Source: a virus (taxonomy: Duplodnaviria; Caudoviricetes). Taken from it: 64,000 bases of DNA. A program made the position numbers and the translations under genes. The stretch spans positions 32,001 to 96,000 of the IMG/VR virus record IMGVR_UViG_3300030333_001364; one strand, 5' to 3'. This document shows, piece after piece, positions 28,803 through 38,726 of this stretch. Each line of letters begins with the position of its first letter. Position 1 is the first letter of the stretch. The notes beneath the pieces are model-generated. The model saw nothing but the letters and a program-made list of their open reading frames with translations. It was not told where the DNA came from and made no database searches.

Positions 28803-29906
28803 ATGGCTGCGAAAAAACAACTACATGAAATGGAGAACCAGGTTACCAAGGGCGCAAAAAAAGCAGACCCTATGCCTAAAGCTCCAAACTATGTGCCTGA
28901 TAACAAGGCGATAGAAGATTTAGGAGGACCTACTCCTACAAACGGTAGACCAACTGATGATTCTCATAAGTTGAAGACTGCTACTGCTACTTTTGCTCAG
29001 AGTGGAGACCCTCATTTCAAGGGTAATCCTTCTAAGGTGCAATTACCCGGACCTGCTGCTATAAAGAGCACAGGATATGGTAAAGGTGCTAACGAAGAAG
29101 CTGAGAAAGAAGAAGAAACAGTTGTAGCGGAGCAACCAGTAGAGGAAACTCCCGTAGTAGAAAATGAAGAACAGGAAGAAGTAGCAAAAGAAATCGTAAT
29201 TGACGTTGCGGATGACGTTGCTGCACTCTTAGAAGGCGAAGAACTTTCTAAAGAGTTCCAAGAAAAAACTGCTACAATTTTTGAGGCTGCTGTAAAGAGC
29301 AAGGTTGAGCAAGTTGCTAACCAACTCGAAGAGCAGTTTACAAAAGCATTTGATGAGGAGATTGCTTCTCACAAAGCAGAACTTACAGAGCGTGTTGACT
29401 CTTACTTAGAGTACGTCGCTAATGAGTGGATCAATGAGAATGCACTCGCTGTAGAAACTGGAATCAGAGGGGAACTCTCTGAGTCCTTTATGAGTGGTCT
29501 TAAGACCCTCTTTGAAGAACATTATGTTGAAATCCCTGACGACAAATATGATGTCTTAGAAGCAATGACTTCTAAGTTAGATGAAATGGAAACAAAACTC
29601 AACGAGCAGATTGAGAGCAACGTCGAATTGACTAAGCGTCTCTCAGTATCTGTGTCAGACAACATCCTTGATGAAGTAAGTGAAGGTTTGGCGTTATCTC
29701 AAAAAGATAAACTCTCCGAACTATCTAAAGGTGTTGAGTTTGAAAGTGAAGAACAGTACAGAGAAAAACTATCTACACTCAAGGAGTCGTATTTCAATGC
29801 GAAACCAATTGTAGAAAACTCTGAGACCAACCCTGAGGATGCGATTCCTGAGGATCATGGATCAGCAATGAACGCATACTTATCAGCGTTGACAAAGTTC
29901 CAATAG
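28803..29906 (+). CDS. gp22: prohead core scaffold gp22
   Basis: Acidic coiled coil with KTATIFEAAV, VDSYLEYVA.EW and LKESYF. Confidence 0.93.
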   Translation: MAAKKQLHEMENQVTKGAKKADPMPKAPNYVPDNKAIEDLGGPTPTNGRPTDDSHKLKTATATFAQSGDPHFKGNPSKVQLPGPAAIKSTGYGKGANEEAEKEEETVVAEQPVEETPVVENEEQEEVAKEIVIDVADDVAALLEGEELSKEFQEKTATIFEAAVKSKVEQVANQLEEQFTKAFDEEIASHKAELTERVDSYLEYVANEWINENALAVETGIRGELSESFMSGLKTLFEEHYVEIPDDKYDVLEAMTSKLDEMETKLNEQIESNVELTKRLSVSVSDNILDEVSEGLALSQKDKLSELSKGVEFESEEQYREKLSTLKESYFNAKPIVENSETNPEDAIPEDHGSAMNAYLSALTKFQ

Positions 29907-29940
29907 TCAATTTTTAAATTACACCCAAAGGTAAAGCCAA

Positions 29941-31347
29941 ATGTTTAATTCTGGACAACTCCAGAAGAAGTGGCAACCACTCTTAGAGGCAGAAGGATTA
30001 GATAAAATCCAAGACAACCACAGAAGAGCAGTTACCGCACAACTTCTAGAAAACCAAGAAAGATTTTTAAGAGAGGAGAGAGCATTCTTATCAGAAGCAC
30101 CTCCTACAGTTAACACAGACCCATCAGGCACAGGAGCAGCTGGTTTCAGTGGCGGTGCTGCTGTTGGCGGTCCTGTTGCTGGTTTCGACCCAGTTCTAAT
30201 ATCTCTAATCAGGAGATCTATGCCTAACTTGGTGGCATATGACTTAGCTGGCGTCCAACCAATGAATGGTCCTACTGGACTTATCTTCGCGATGAGATCT
30301 AAGTACGACAACCAGAACGGTACAGAAGCATTCTTCAACGAACCAGATTCTGCATTCTCTGCTCAAGACTCCGATACATCATTCACACAGGGTGATTACA
30401 CAGGAGCAACTGACGGAGATTCAGACGTTGGTTTCGGTACAACTGCACAAGGTGGTGGCAACCCATCAATCTTGAACGGTGGTGCAGAGAACGCTTACTC
30501 AGTTGGACAAGGTTTCAAGACTCAACAGTCTGAAGCTTTAGGCGATGCTGCTAACAACGACTTCAGAGAGATGGCGTTCAGCATCGAGAAGGTATCTGTG
30601 ACTGCGAAGTCAAGAGCCCTCAAAGCTGAGTACAGTTTAGAACTAGCACAAGACCTCAAGGCGATCCATGGATTGGATGCAGAGGCTGAGTTAGCAAACA
30701 TCCTTTCTACTGAGATCCTTGCTGAGATCAATAGAGAGATCATCCGTACAATCTACAAGGCTGCAAGACCTGGTGCTCAAATCAATACAGCAACAACTGG
30801 TGTATTTGACTTAGACACAGACTCAAACGGAAGATGGATGGTTGAGAAGTTCAAAGGTATGATCTTCCAACTTGAAAGAGATGCTAACGCAATCGCACAG
30901 GAAACTCGTCGCGGGAAGGGTAACATCATCCTTTGCTCTGCTGATGTTGCTTCCTCTCTAACAGCTGCTGGTCAACTAGACTACACTCCTGCACTCAACA
31001 GCAACATGAATGTTGATGATACAGGTAACACATTCGCTGGTACACTCAACGGACGTTACAAGGTATACATCGATCCATTCGCTGCTAACCTAAGTGCTGA
31101 TCAGTACTACGTTATGGGATACAAGGGTTCTAACCCTTATGATGCTGGTCTATTCTATTGCCCTTACGTTCCACTACAGATGGTAAGAGCAGTTGGACAA
31201 GACACATTCCAACCAAAAATTGGTTTCAAAACCAGATACGGAATGGTTGCTAACCCATTTGCTGAAGGTACTACACAAGGTCTTGGTAGAATTACTGGTA
31301 ACAGTAACAGATACTACAGACGTGTTAAAGTTACAAACCTTATGTAA
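29941..31347 (+). CDS. gp23: major capsid protein gp23
   Basis: GVQPMNGPTGLIFAMR, KSRALKAEYSLELAQDLKAIHGLDAE and FQPKIGFKTRYG. Confidence 0.99.
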   Translation: MFNSGQLQKKWQPLLEAEGLDKIQDNHRRAVTAQLLENQERFLREERAFLSEAPPTVNTDPSGTGAAGFSGGAAVGGPVAGFDPVLISLIRRSMPNLVAYDLAGVQPMNGPTGLIFAMRSKYDNQNGTEAFFNEPDSAFSAQDSDTSFTQGDYTGATDGDSDVGFGTTAQGGGNPSILNGGAENAYSVGQGFKTQQSEALGDAANNDFREMAFSIEKVSVTAKSRALKAEYSLELAQDLKAIHGLDAEAELANILSTEILAEINREIIRTIYKAARPGAQINTATTGVFDLDTDSNGRWMVEKFKGMIFQLERDANAIAQETRRGKGNIILCSADVASSLTAAGQLDYTPALNSNMNVDDTGNTFAGTLNGRYKVYIDPFAANLSADQYYVMGYKGSNPYDAGLFYCPYVPLQMVRAVGQDTFQPKIGFKTRYGMVANPFAEGTTQGLGRITGNSNRYYRRVKVTNLM

Positions 31348-31368
31348 GCGAGTTGCTTATATACTTAC

Positions 31369-31395
31369 AAGACCCCTTTACAGGGGTCTTTTTTT
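31369..31395 (+). terminator. Rho-independent terminator after gp23
   Basis: AAGACCCCT-TTAC-AGGGGTCTT followed by a T-tract. Confidence 0.9.
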
Positions 31396-31425
31396 ATGCT
31401 ATAAATATGGTAGTCAAATAATACT

Positions 31426-31620
31426 ATGAAAGATCAAGGATCTATTGCTACTGGTGAAACACCAGAGACAAAATGGAATCGAGGACTTGACATTTTTATA
31501 GAGTCTGTTCATGCACCTGATCATAAACTCAGAGGTTGTGCACATAATCAGCATTGCTACACAGAGTTGATGGATATTAGAGAACATGTGCTAGAATATC
31601 TGCAAAGTTTACGAAAATAA
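31426..31620 (+). CDS. small His/Cys-containing hypothetical protein
   Basis: 64 aa, LRGCAHNQHCY; late promoter TATAAATA at 31400. Confidence 0.65.
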   Translation: MKDQGSIATGETPETKWNRGLDIFIESVHAPDHKLRGCAHNQHCYTELMDIREHVLEYLQSLRK

Positions 31621-31785
31621 ATGAACGGTAGAATCAATAAAGTAATGATGGTTGCGAGAACCATGAGAATAAAACAAGGTATAATGGAAAAGAATTGGTA
31701 TCCTGAGTGGAGTGATAAAGAAAGATGGGCTGCTCAACAAGCCCTAAATAATGTTTTAGATGTTCTTGATGAATACTGGGAGTAA
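31621..31785 (+). CDS. small hypothetical protein (54 aa)
   Basis: Read manually: MNGRINKVMMVAR...WYPEWSDKERWAAQQALNNVLDVLDEYWE. Fills the gap exactly. Confidence 0.65.
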   Translation: MNGRINKVMMVARTMRIKQGIMEKNWYPEWSDKERWAAQQALNNVLDVLDEYWE

Positions 31786-32372
31786 TGGCAGACACTAGGG
31801 TTAGAGGTGCTACACCTCCGTTCAAACTAAATGAACCTACTAATAGGAACTTCCTATCAATAGTTGGGTTCAAGTTCTTGCTGAACCGTTGCCCTAAAGT
31901 TAGTTTCTTTTGCAATCAAGCAAACATACCAACTGTAACTCTTGGTACTACAACGCAAGCATCTTACCTTCGTCAAATACCTATACCTGGCACAGAGTTA
32001 TCTTACGAAGATCTGACTCTTAGTTTTATAGTTGACGAGAACTGCGAGAATTACTTGCAGATATATGATTGGATTACTGGACTAGGATTTCCTGAGTCAC
32101 TACAACAGTATGAAGATCTGAAGAAAGTAAATAGATTTTATCCTGACTCTGCTGAACGAGATCAGTTTGCAGAGAGGTCTGATGGAACATTGATGGTTTT
32201 GAATAGTGATTACAACCCAAGTATCTCTATCAAGTTCAAGGATTTATTTCCTGTCGCACTATCTGGTGTACCATTTGACTCAACAGAAACAGAGCAAAGA
32301 TATTTTACCGCAATGGTTACCTTTAAATATACTATTTTTGATGTGATTGACGTAAATGGAACCAAGGTCTAA
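31785..32372 (+). CDS. gp3: tail tube terminator/completion protein gp3
   Basis: NRNFLS..GFKF, FFCNQANIP, F.VDEN.ENY and FKDLFPVALS. Confidence 0.88.
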   Translation: MADTRVRGATPPFKLNEPTNRNFLSIVGFKFLLNRCPKVSFFCNQANIPTVTLGTTTQASYLRQIPIPGTELSYEDLTLSFIVDENCENYLQIYDWITGLGFPESLQQYEDLKKVNRFYPDSAERDQFAERSDGTLMVLNSDYNPSISIKFKDLFPVALSGVPFDSTETEQRYFTAMVTFKYTIFDVIDVNGTKV

Positions 32373-32808
32373 GACTTTAAGTCTTGAGATGATTCAAGAC
32401 ATGTGGGAAAAAGACGCAAAGATGAATCAAGATGAACTCGATACTGAGTCTCTGCGAATCCCACAATTACACGCTACTTATTATGAACTATATAATACGA
32501 TACTGCTCATGCGAAAACGTGAAGAGCAGACACATTGTAATGTTCTACTAGATCGGAGAAAGTATTACACAGGTAAGGCAACTGCATCTGTATATGAAGC
32601 AGAACCATTTCCTTACAAGGTCAGAGACAAGGATGACCTCAAGTTATATCTTGAAGCAGACGAGAAACTCAGAAAGACCAAACTAAAGATCGAGTACTAT
32701 GACACCATGTTGAAGTATATCGAAGAAATACTAAGACAAATCTCCAATAGAACTTACCAGATAAAAAACGCTATTGAATGGAGACGTTTCAACGCTGGTT
32801 ATGGCTGA
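32356..32808 (+). CDS. uvsY: recombination mediator UvsY
   Basis: ESLRIPQLH, YYTGKA and RTYQIKNAIEWRRF. Confidence 0.9.
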   Translation: MEPRSKTLSLEMIQDMWEKDAKMNQDELDTESLRIPQLHATYYELYNTILLMRKREEQTHCNVLLDRRKYYTGKATASVYEAEPFPYKVRDKDDLKLYLEADEKLRKTKLKIEYYDTMLKYIEEILRQISNRTYQIKNAIEWRRFNAGYG

Positions 32809-34249
32809 TCTAACTATAAGAAAGAAGAACGAAGTCTTTCTAAGAATTGATTGCGACCCACACATACGACACGAGTTACAGGACGAGTTCACCTTTGATG
32901 TACCAGGTGCTAAGTTCATGCCTCAGTATCGTAGTAAGTACTGGGACGGTAAGATAAGATTATTTAATTTACAGAAGCAGGAAATATATGTCGGTCTGTT
33001 AGATAAGATCACGTCTTTTTGTAAGAGATATGATTACGAATTTGAATTTGAGAACTCCAAGTATTACGGACTGCCATACGAAGAGACGGAATCAATTTCG
33101 TATGAGGGGGTAAAGGACTATCTAACTCGAATCTCGAAATACAAACCTCGTGATTATCAGATTGATGGGGTGACTGATGCATTACAGAAGAATCGTAGAT
33201 TGATTATATCACCAACAGGGTCTGGTAAGTCCTTGATGATCTATGCAGTTACACGATACCACGTAGAACATAAAAGGTCAACCCTCATTATTGTCCCTAC
33301 TACCTCTCTTGTAGAACAGATGTATAAGGACTTTGTAGATTATGGTTGGAATGTCGATGGAATTTGTCATAAGATCTATGCTGGTAAGGACTTGATGAGT
33401 CAGAACCCAGTCATTATAAGCACATGGCAGTCAATATACAAGCTACCTAAAGACTGGTTCAATAGATTTGATGTTGTAATTGGTGACGAGGCACATCAGT
33501 TCAAGTCTAAATCATTAGTAAGTATCATGACTAAACTCTATGACACAAAATATAGGTATGGTTTCACAGGTACGCTCGATGGTACACAAACTCATAAGTG
33601 GGTACTTGAAGGTTTGTTCGGACCCTCTTATAAAATCGTCAATACTAAGGAGTTACAGGAGAAAGGCTATCTAGCAACACTCAACATCAAAGTTCTATTA
33701 CTCAAGCATGATCCAAAAAGATTTGATACCTATCAAGATGAAATAGAATATATTATAGGTCATGAGAAAAGAAATAAATTTATTAGAAACCTAGTACTGG
33801 ACTTGAAGGGTAACACTTTAGTTCTCTATAGTAGGGTTGCCACCCATGGAGAGGTGCTATTCGACCTAATAAATAAAGATGATAGAAAAGTCTTCTTCAT
33901 ACACGGTGGTGTAGATGTCGAAGAAAGGGAATCTGTCAGGAGTATAGCAGAGGTTGAATCCAATGCTATAATTATTGCATCCTTTGGAACTTTCTCCACT
34001 GGTATCAATATCAAGAACCTCCATAACATTGTCTTTTCTTCTCCTTCTAAGTCCAGAATTAGAACTTTACAATCTATCGGTAGGGTCTTACGTAAAAGTA
34101 ATTCCAAGTTGAGTGCCACATTATATGATATAGCGGATGATACTAAGAAAGGATCAGTCCAGAACTATACTTTGAATCACTTGATTGAACGAATCAAATA
34201 CTACAACGAGGAAAAATTCAACTATGACATCATCCAAATCAAAATTTGA
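32801..34249 (+). CDS. uvsW: RNA-DNA/DNA helicase UvsW
   Basis: WDGKIRLF, SPTGSGKS, DEAH and QSIGRVLR. Confidence 0.96.
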   Translation: MADLTIRKKNEVFLRIDCDPHIRHELQDEFTFDVPGAKFMPQYRSKYWDGKIRLFNLQKQEIYVGLLDKITSFCKRYDYEFEFENSKYYGLPYEETESISYEGVKDYLTRISKYKPRDYQIDGVTDALQKNRRLIISPTGSGKSLMIYAVTRYHVEHKRSTLIIVPTTSLVEQMYKDFVDYGWNVDGICHKIYAGKDLMSQNPVIISTWQSIYKLPKDWFNRFDVVIGDEAHQFKSKSLVSIMTKLYDTKYRYGFTGTLDGTQTHKWVLEGLFGPSYKIVNTKELQEKGYLATLNIKVLLLKHDPKRFDTYQDEIEYIIGHEKRNKFIRNLVLDLKGNTLVLYSRVATHGEVLFDLINKDDRKVFFIHGGVDVEERESVRSIAEVESNAIIIASFGTFSTGINIKNLHNIVFSSPSKSRIRTLQSIGRVLRKSNSKLSATLYDIADDTKKGSVQNYTLNHLIERIKYYNEEKFNYDIIQIKI

Positions 34250-34661
34250 AGAACCGTATGAGGACTTTCTTGCGGCTATCAAACTTGTAAGTGGTGAAGA
34301 GATACTGTCAAAGGTTGTTGTGTGTAGTGATGATGACGATAGAATTATCCTAGAGAATCCAGTTGTATGTCAGGAGGTTCGCACCCCTGGTGCGAATATC
34401 CCGTTGGGATATAAATTTGAACCTTGGATGAAATTGACTGATGAAGAAGTTTTCATAGTTGATATGAATAGAATTATTACAATGTCTGAGATAAAAGATA
34501 AGGAAGTAAACAAAACATATTCCACGATCATCAAGCAAGGGTTCACTCGCTCACACCCTGATATAACTAAAGAAATGGGATATATAAACTCTGTAGATAA
34601 GGCACGTCAACAGTTTGAACAACTGTACAAGAAAGACTCTAAGGATACAAAAGAAACTTAA
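34224..34661 (+). CDS. conserved hypothetical protein (Sm-like fold) upstream of gp55
   Basis: IKLVSGEEI...ENP...PWM pattern. Confidence 0.7.
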   Translation: MTSSKSKFEEPYEDFLAAIKLVSGEEILSKVVVCSDDDDRIILENPVVCQEVRTPGANIPLGYKFEPWMKLTDEEVFIVDMNRIITMSEIKDKEVNKTYSTIIKQGFTRSHPDITKEMGYINSVDKARQQFEQLYKKDSKDTKET

Positions 34662-34689
34662 TACCTGTCCTTTCAACCCCCACAGGGTT

Positions 34690-34718
34690 ATTGTACACAC
34701 TTTTGACAACCATGTCAA
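34690..34718 (-). promoter_or_regulatory. overlapping divergent sigma70-type promoter (antisense)
   Basis: Minus strand reads TTGACA(34718-34713)-17nt-TACAAT(34695-34690). Confidence 0.5.
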
Positions 34719-34730
34719 GTATGCTATAAT
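34703..34730 (+). promoter_or_regulatory. sigma70-type early promoter for gp55
   Basis: TTGACA-16nt-TATAAT with a TGn extension. Confidence 0.75.
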
Positions 34731-34753
34731 TAAGTACAGAAACACGCACAGTA

Positions 34754-35221
34754 ATGCCACGTAAAAGATCAGAGCACTACGTCAATAACAAGGAGTTTCT
34801 TGCTGCAATTATTGATTATAAAGACCAGATTATCATTGCCGAGAAAAGAGGTTTACCTAAACCTGTAATTCCCAGATACATTGGCGAATGCTTTCTAAAG
34901 ATAGCAACTCACCTATCATTCAAACCAAACTTTGTAAACTATATGTTCAAGGATGATATGGTATGTGATGGCATAGAGAACTGTGTTCAATACATTGATA
35001 ACTTCAATCCAGATAAGTCTAAGAATCCTTTTGCATACTTCACACAGATAATACACTATGCATTTCTAAGAAGAATACAGAAAGAGAAACGTCAGTTAGA
35101 TATAAAACAAAAGATAATAGAAAAGTCTGGGTATGACGAAGTCTTCGTCGCAGACGAAGCGGATAAGTCCTCTGAGTACAACTCTATCAAAGATGCTGTA
35201 CAATACAGAACTAACAGATGA
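34754..35221 (+). CDS. gp55: late transcription sigma factor gp55
   Basis: HYVNNKEF, YIGECFLKIA and NPFAYFTQIIHYAFLRRIQKEK. Confidence 0.96.
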   Translation: MPRKRSEHYVNNKEFLAAIIDYKDQIIIAEKRGLPKPVIPRYIGECFLKIATHLSFKPNFVNYMFKDDMVCDGIENCVQYIDNFNPDKSKNPFAYFTQIIHYAFLRRIQKEKRQLDIKQKIIEKSGYDEVFVADEADKSSEYNSIKDAVQYRTNR

Positions 35222-35415
35222 CTTACGATCTCACAGAGGAAGAGTGGGAGTGTGTTCGTGTCTGTGTATCTAATGCACCGATACCCTACGATATCACTAA
35301 GAAAAAAATACCTGCTGATATCCTAGAAAAAATAGGAAAACCCATCGAACATCGAGAAGAGGGTCTATCCATAGCAAAATACGATCTATCAAAGTACGGA
35401 ATCCATGAGAGTTGA
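35218..35415 (+). CDS. hypothetical protein
   Basis: 65-aa ORF coupled to gp55 (ATGA overlap). Confidence 0.6.
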   Translation: MTYDLTEEEWECVRVCVSNAPIPYDITKKKIPADILEKIGKPIEHREEGLSIAKYDLSKYGIHES

Positions 35416-35575
35416 CAGACACAGAGACATCGCTGATGACCTTGAAGCAGAGTTATTATCTGAACTAGAGGGCATCACCACACAATTACGTGGCACTATG
35501 AAAAGAATGACTAGAGTAAACTCCATGGGGAGATCAGCAAAAGTCATTGAAATTGAGTATGATGTAAACGAATGA
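35405..35575 (+). CDS. hypothetical protein (56 aa)
   Basis: Read manually: MRVDRHRDIADDLEAELL...KVIEIEYDVNE; ATGA overlap with gp47. Confidence 0.6.
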   Translation: MRVDRHRDIADDLEAELLSELEGITTQLRGTMKRMTRVNSMGRSAKVIEIEYDVNE

Positions 35576-36612
35576 AAGTTGCTATTATCACAGACCAACA
35601 CTTTGGATTCAAGAAAGGTTCTAAACTATGGTTAGATTACTTTCAGAAATTTTATGATGACATATTCTTTCCTACATTAGAGAAGCATGGTATAGATACT
35701 ATACTTGATCTAGGAGATACCTTTGATAACAGGAAGGGTGTGGATCTATGCTCTCTCAATTGGGCAAAGTCCAATTACTTTGATCCTATTCGAGATAAAG
35801 GAATGTCAATGATCAGTATCGTTGGCAACCATACTGCTTTCTATAAGAATACTAATGACATCAACACTATAGATCTGATGCTCAGAGAGTATGATAATAT
35901 ACGTATCGTTGAAGAGTGTGAAGAGATAACTGTAGGTGGGTTACCAATACTGTTTATACCTTGGATCAACCCAGAGAATGAGGCAACAACATATAAAATG
36001 GTGAAGGATAGTAAGTGTAAGGTTGCTATGGGTCATCTAGAACTAAATGGGTTCGTTGCCACACACGGGCACGTAATGGACGTAGGAGCAGACTTTGAGT
36101 GTTATGACCACTTTACCCATGTATTCTCAGGACACTATCACACAAGGTCAAATAACGGTAGGATATATTACCTAGGCAATCCATATCAGATGTTCTGGAA
36201 TGATTGTGATGATCCAAGAGGATTCCACATATACGACACAGAGAAACTAACACTCAAGACAATCAATAATCCATATCAGATGTTTAAGATTATCAATTAT
36301 GCTGATACACCTAGACAACTGACTAAGTTTGAGGAGTATAGGAATAAGATAGTCAAGGTTGTAGTTAGACAAAAGACTGATGATAAAGAGTATGAAAGAT
36401 TCATGCAATCATTAGCAAAAGTACATCCATATGATATCAAGGTGGTAGAGAGATCTGTAAATATGCTTGCACCTGAGGAGAACGTAGCACAGACAGAAGA
36501 TACGATGACTCTACTCAACACATATGTCGATGATCTAAGCACAGATCTAAATAAATCTAAGATCAAAGACATTTTGAGAGTCACTTATCAAGAGGCATGT
36601 GAGGTCATCTGA
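35572..36612 (+). CDS. gp47: recombination endonuclease gp47 (Mre11/SbcD-like)
   Basis: Metallophosphoesterase motifs TDQHFG, LGDTFDNRK, GNH, GHLE and SGHYH. Confidence 0.95.
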   Translation: MKVAIITDQHFGFKKGSKLWLDYFQKFYDDIFFPTLEKHGIDTILDLGDTFDNRKGVDLCSLNWAKSNYFDPIRDKGMSMISIVGNHTAFYKNTNDINTIDLMLREYDNIRIVEECEEITVGGLPILFIPWINPENEATTYKMVKDSKCKVAMGHLELNGFVATHGHVMDVGADFECYDHFTHVFSGHYHTRSNNGRIYYLGNPYQMFWNDCDDPRGFHIYDTEKLTLKTINNPYQMFKIINYADTPRQLTKFEEYRNKIVKVVVRQKTDDKEYERFMQSLAKVHPYDIKVVERSVNMLAPEENVAQTEDTMTLLNTYVDDLSTDLNKSKIKDILRVTYQEACEVI

Positions 36613-36872
36613 TGCATATTATTACACCAAAGCATAGTCAAGACGAGGGAGCATATGCAGTCGTCAACGAATATGGTGAGAAGGTTGTATTCTTTTTTGT
36701 AGAGAAAGATGATGCCGATAGATATGCTATGATGTTAGAAGGTTCGGGTGAACCTATTATGAAAGTAATACATGTTGCTGACCGTGTAGCAATTGCAGCT
36801 TGCGAAAAAACAGGAACAAGGTATACTATAATAGGTAAAGATGATTTTGTTATTCCAGTTGATCCTAAGTGA
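36612..36872 (+). CDS. conserved hypothetical protein between gp47 and gp46
   Basis: EGAYAV, F.EKDDADRYA and DDFVIP. Confidence 0.75.
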   Translation: MHIITPKHSQDEGAYAVVNEYGEKVVFFFVEKDDADRYAMMLEGSGEPIMKVIHVADRVAIAACEKTGTRYTIIGKDDFVIPVDPK

Positions 36873-38581
36873 TTCGATTCAAAGAAATTCGTTATAAAAA
36901 CTTTTTGTCCTCAGGGAATCAATTCACATCTATAAAGTTAGATGCGAATAAAGATACTCTGATTGTTGGTGCAAATGGTTCGGGTAAGAGTACGGTTCTA
37001 GATGCTCTTACATTTTCTTTGTTCGGTAAACCGTTCCGAAAAGTTACGAAGGGTCAGTTAGTCAACAGCACAAACGAAAGAGATGCTGTTGTGGATATAA
37101 GATTTGATATTGGAGATGTACCTTATAGGGTTGTAAGAGGTATCAAACCAAATATTTTTGAGATCTATAAAAATGGAAAAAAATTCAATGAGGACTGCTC
37201 TGCTAACGATCAACAAAAGTCTTTGGAAGGACAAATACTCAAACTCAACTACAAATCTTTCACTCAAATTGTTATACTTGGCAGTGCTTCTTTCGTTCCC
37301 TTTATGCAACTATCTGCTCCACATCGCAGGGAAGTTATAGAAGACTTACTTGACATCAAAGTTTTTTCTATGATGTCAGATATCTTGAAGACTCAGATCA
37401 AACAGTCAAAAGATAACTTGAGAGTCATGGAACTGAAGAAAGAATCAGTTGCAGATAAAATAATAATGCAGAAAAGATTTATCAAACAAATAGAGGAAGA
37501 AGGTTATGACAGCATCAACACCAAACAACAAGAGATCGAGAATTGTGATACCGAAACAGAAGAGTATCAAAGGAGTGTTGAAGATCTCATCTCCAAAGTC
37601 AATAAAAAGGAGAAGGATATACAACAATATACTAAATCAAGTAGTACTATAAAAAAGTTAGAAAAGTTAAAATCAAAAATACAAACTAAAGAATCAAACT
37701 CTAGTCATGAACTAGATTTTTTTGAAGCACATTCGGTTTGTCCTACATGTACACAGAATATAGAAGAGTCATTCAGAGTAAATAGAATTGAACACCTCCA
37801 AGGAGTTCTTGCCAAACATCAAAGTAGTTTGGATGAAATCACCACTGCTATAGAAGCAGAGGAAGAACGAGAACAACAGTTTCTCAAACTCCAGAAGGAG
37901 ATTACTACACTATCTAATGAAGTTTCTCAATTCAATATTAGAATTGCTAACAACAACAAACGAAGAGGAAATCTTGAAACAGAAATTCAAAACATTACCG
38001 ATAGACTTGAGAATAAAAATTCTGAGGATGAGAAACTAACAGAGTATAAGGATAAACTAAAAGACATACTAAACAATTTACAAACAACTCAAGAGGAGTT
38101 CGATTATCTAGAACAGGGTAACGAACTACTCAAAGATGATGGTGTAAAGAAAAGTATTATAAGAAAGTATCTACCTCTGATCAACCAACAGGTCAATGAG
38201 TATCTACAGAGGATGGATTTCTATGTCAACTTTATGTTAGATGAAGACTTCAATGAAACTGTGCAGACACCTGTGCATGAGAAGTTCTCTTATGCATCCT
38301 TCTCTGAAGGAGAGAAGATGAGGATTGACCTTGCACTTCTGTTTACATGGAGAGAGATAGCAAGGATGAAGAACAGTGTCGTCACAAATTTGCTAATCAT
38401 GGACGAGGTTTTTGACTCATCACTAGATGAGTTTGGTACAGACTACTTCCTCAAAATTGTACGGTATATCATCAAGGATGCTAACGTGTTTATAATCTCG
38501 CACAAACAGGATCTATACGATAAATTCAATCACTGTCTGGAGTTTACTAAGGACAAGGGGTTCTCCAAACTAAAAGTTTGA
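36869..38581 (+). CDS. gp46: recombination ATPase gp46 (Rad50/SbcC-like)
   Basis: GANGSGKST, CPTC zinc hook, FSEGEKMRIDL and MDEVFDSSLD. Confidence 0.96.
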   Translation: MIRFKEIRYKNFLSSGNQFTSIKLDANKDTLIVGANGSGKSTVLDALTFSLFGKPFRKVTKGQLVNSTNERDAVVDIRFDIGDVPYRVVRGIKPNIFEIYKNGKKFNEDCSANDQQKSLEGQILKLNYKSFTQIVILGSASFVPFMQLSAPHRREVIEDLLDIKVFSMMSDILKTQIKQSKDNLRVMELKKESVADKIIMQKRFIKQIEEEGYDSINTKQQEIENCDTETEEYQRSVEDLISKVNKKEKDIQQYTKSSSTIKKLEKLKSKIQTKESNSSHELDFFEAHSVCPTCTQNIEESFRVNRIEHLQGVLAKHQSSLDEITTAIEAEEEREQQFLKLQKEITTLSNEVSQFNIRIANNNKRRGNLETEIQNITDRLENKNSEDEKLTEYKDKLKDILNNLQTTQEEFDYLEQGNELLKDDGVKKSIIRKYLPLINQQVNEYLQRMDFYVNFMLDEDFNETVQTPVHEKFSYASFSEGEKMRIDLALLFTWREIARMKNSVVTNLLIMDEVFDSSLDEFGTDYFLKIVRYIIKDANVFIISHKQDLYDKFNHCLEFTKDKGFSKLKV

Positions 38582-38605
38582 CAAGTGCCAACTTTGTGGT
38601 ATCAT
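38578..38605 (+). promoter_or_regulatory. sigma70-type promoter
   Basis: TTGACA-16nt-TATCAT with TGn; a TATAAT follows closely. Confidence 0.6.
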
Positions 38606-38616
38606 ATATAATCATA

Positions 38617-38714
38617 CAAAGGAATCGAAAGATCGTACCCCTGCGTAGATAAAAAAGACACCCATGTCGGGGTCGTCTAACATCCGCAGGATTTTTTTAT
38701 GTCTTGCGAGATAC
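38617..38714 (+). ncRNA. candidate structured RNA / cis-regulatory leader
   Basis: GC-rich island with an ATC-GAAA-GAT hairpin and a long stem CCTGCG...CGCAGG enclosing AGACACCC/GGGTcGTCT, followed by T7. Confidence 0.55.
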
Positions 38715-38726
38715 TTTAAAACAATA

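Noticed and set aside
38664-38726. Longer N-terminus (MSGSSNIRR...) for the outer-membrane protein
   Set aside because: That ATG lies in the loop of the structured leader, whereas the ATG at 38727 gives a clean signal peptide.
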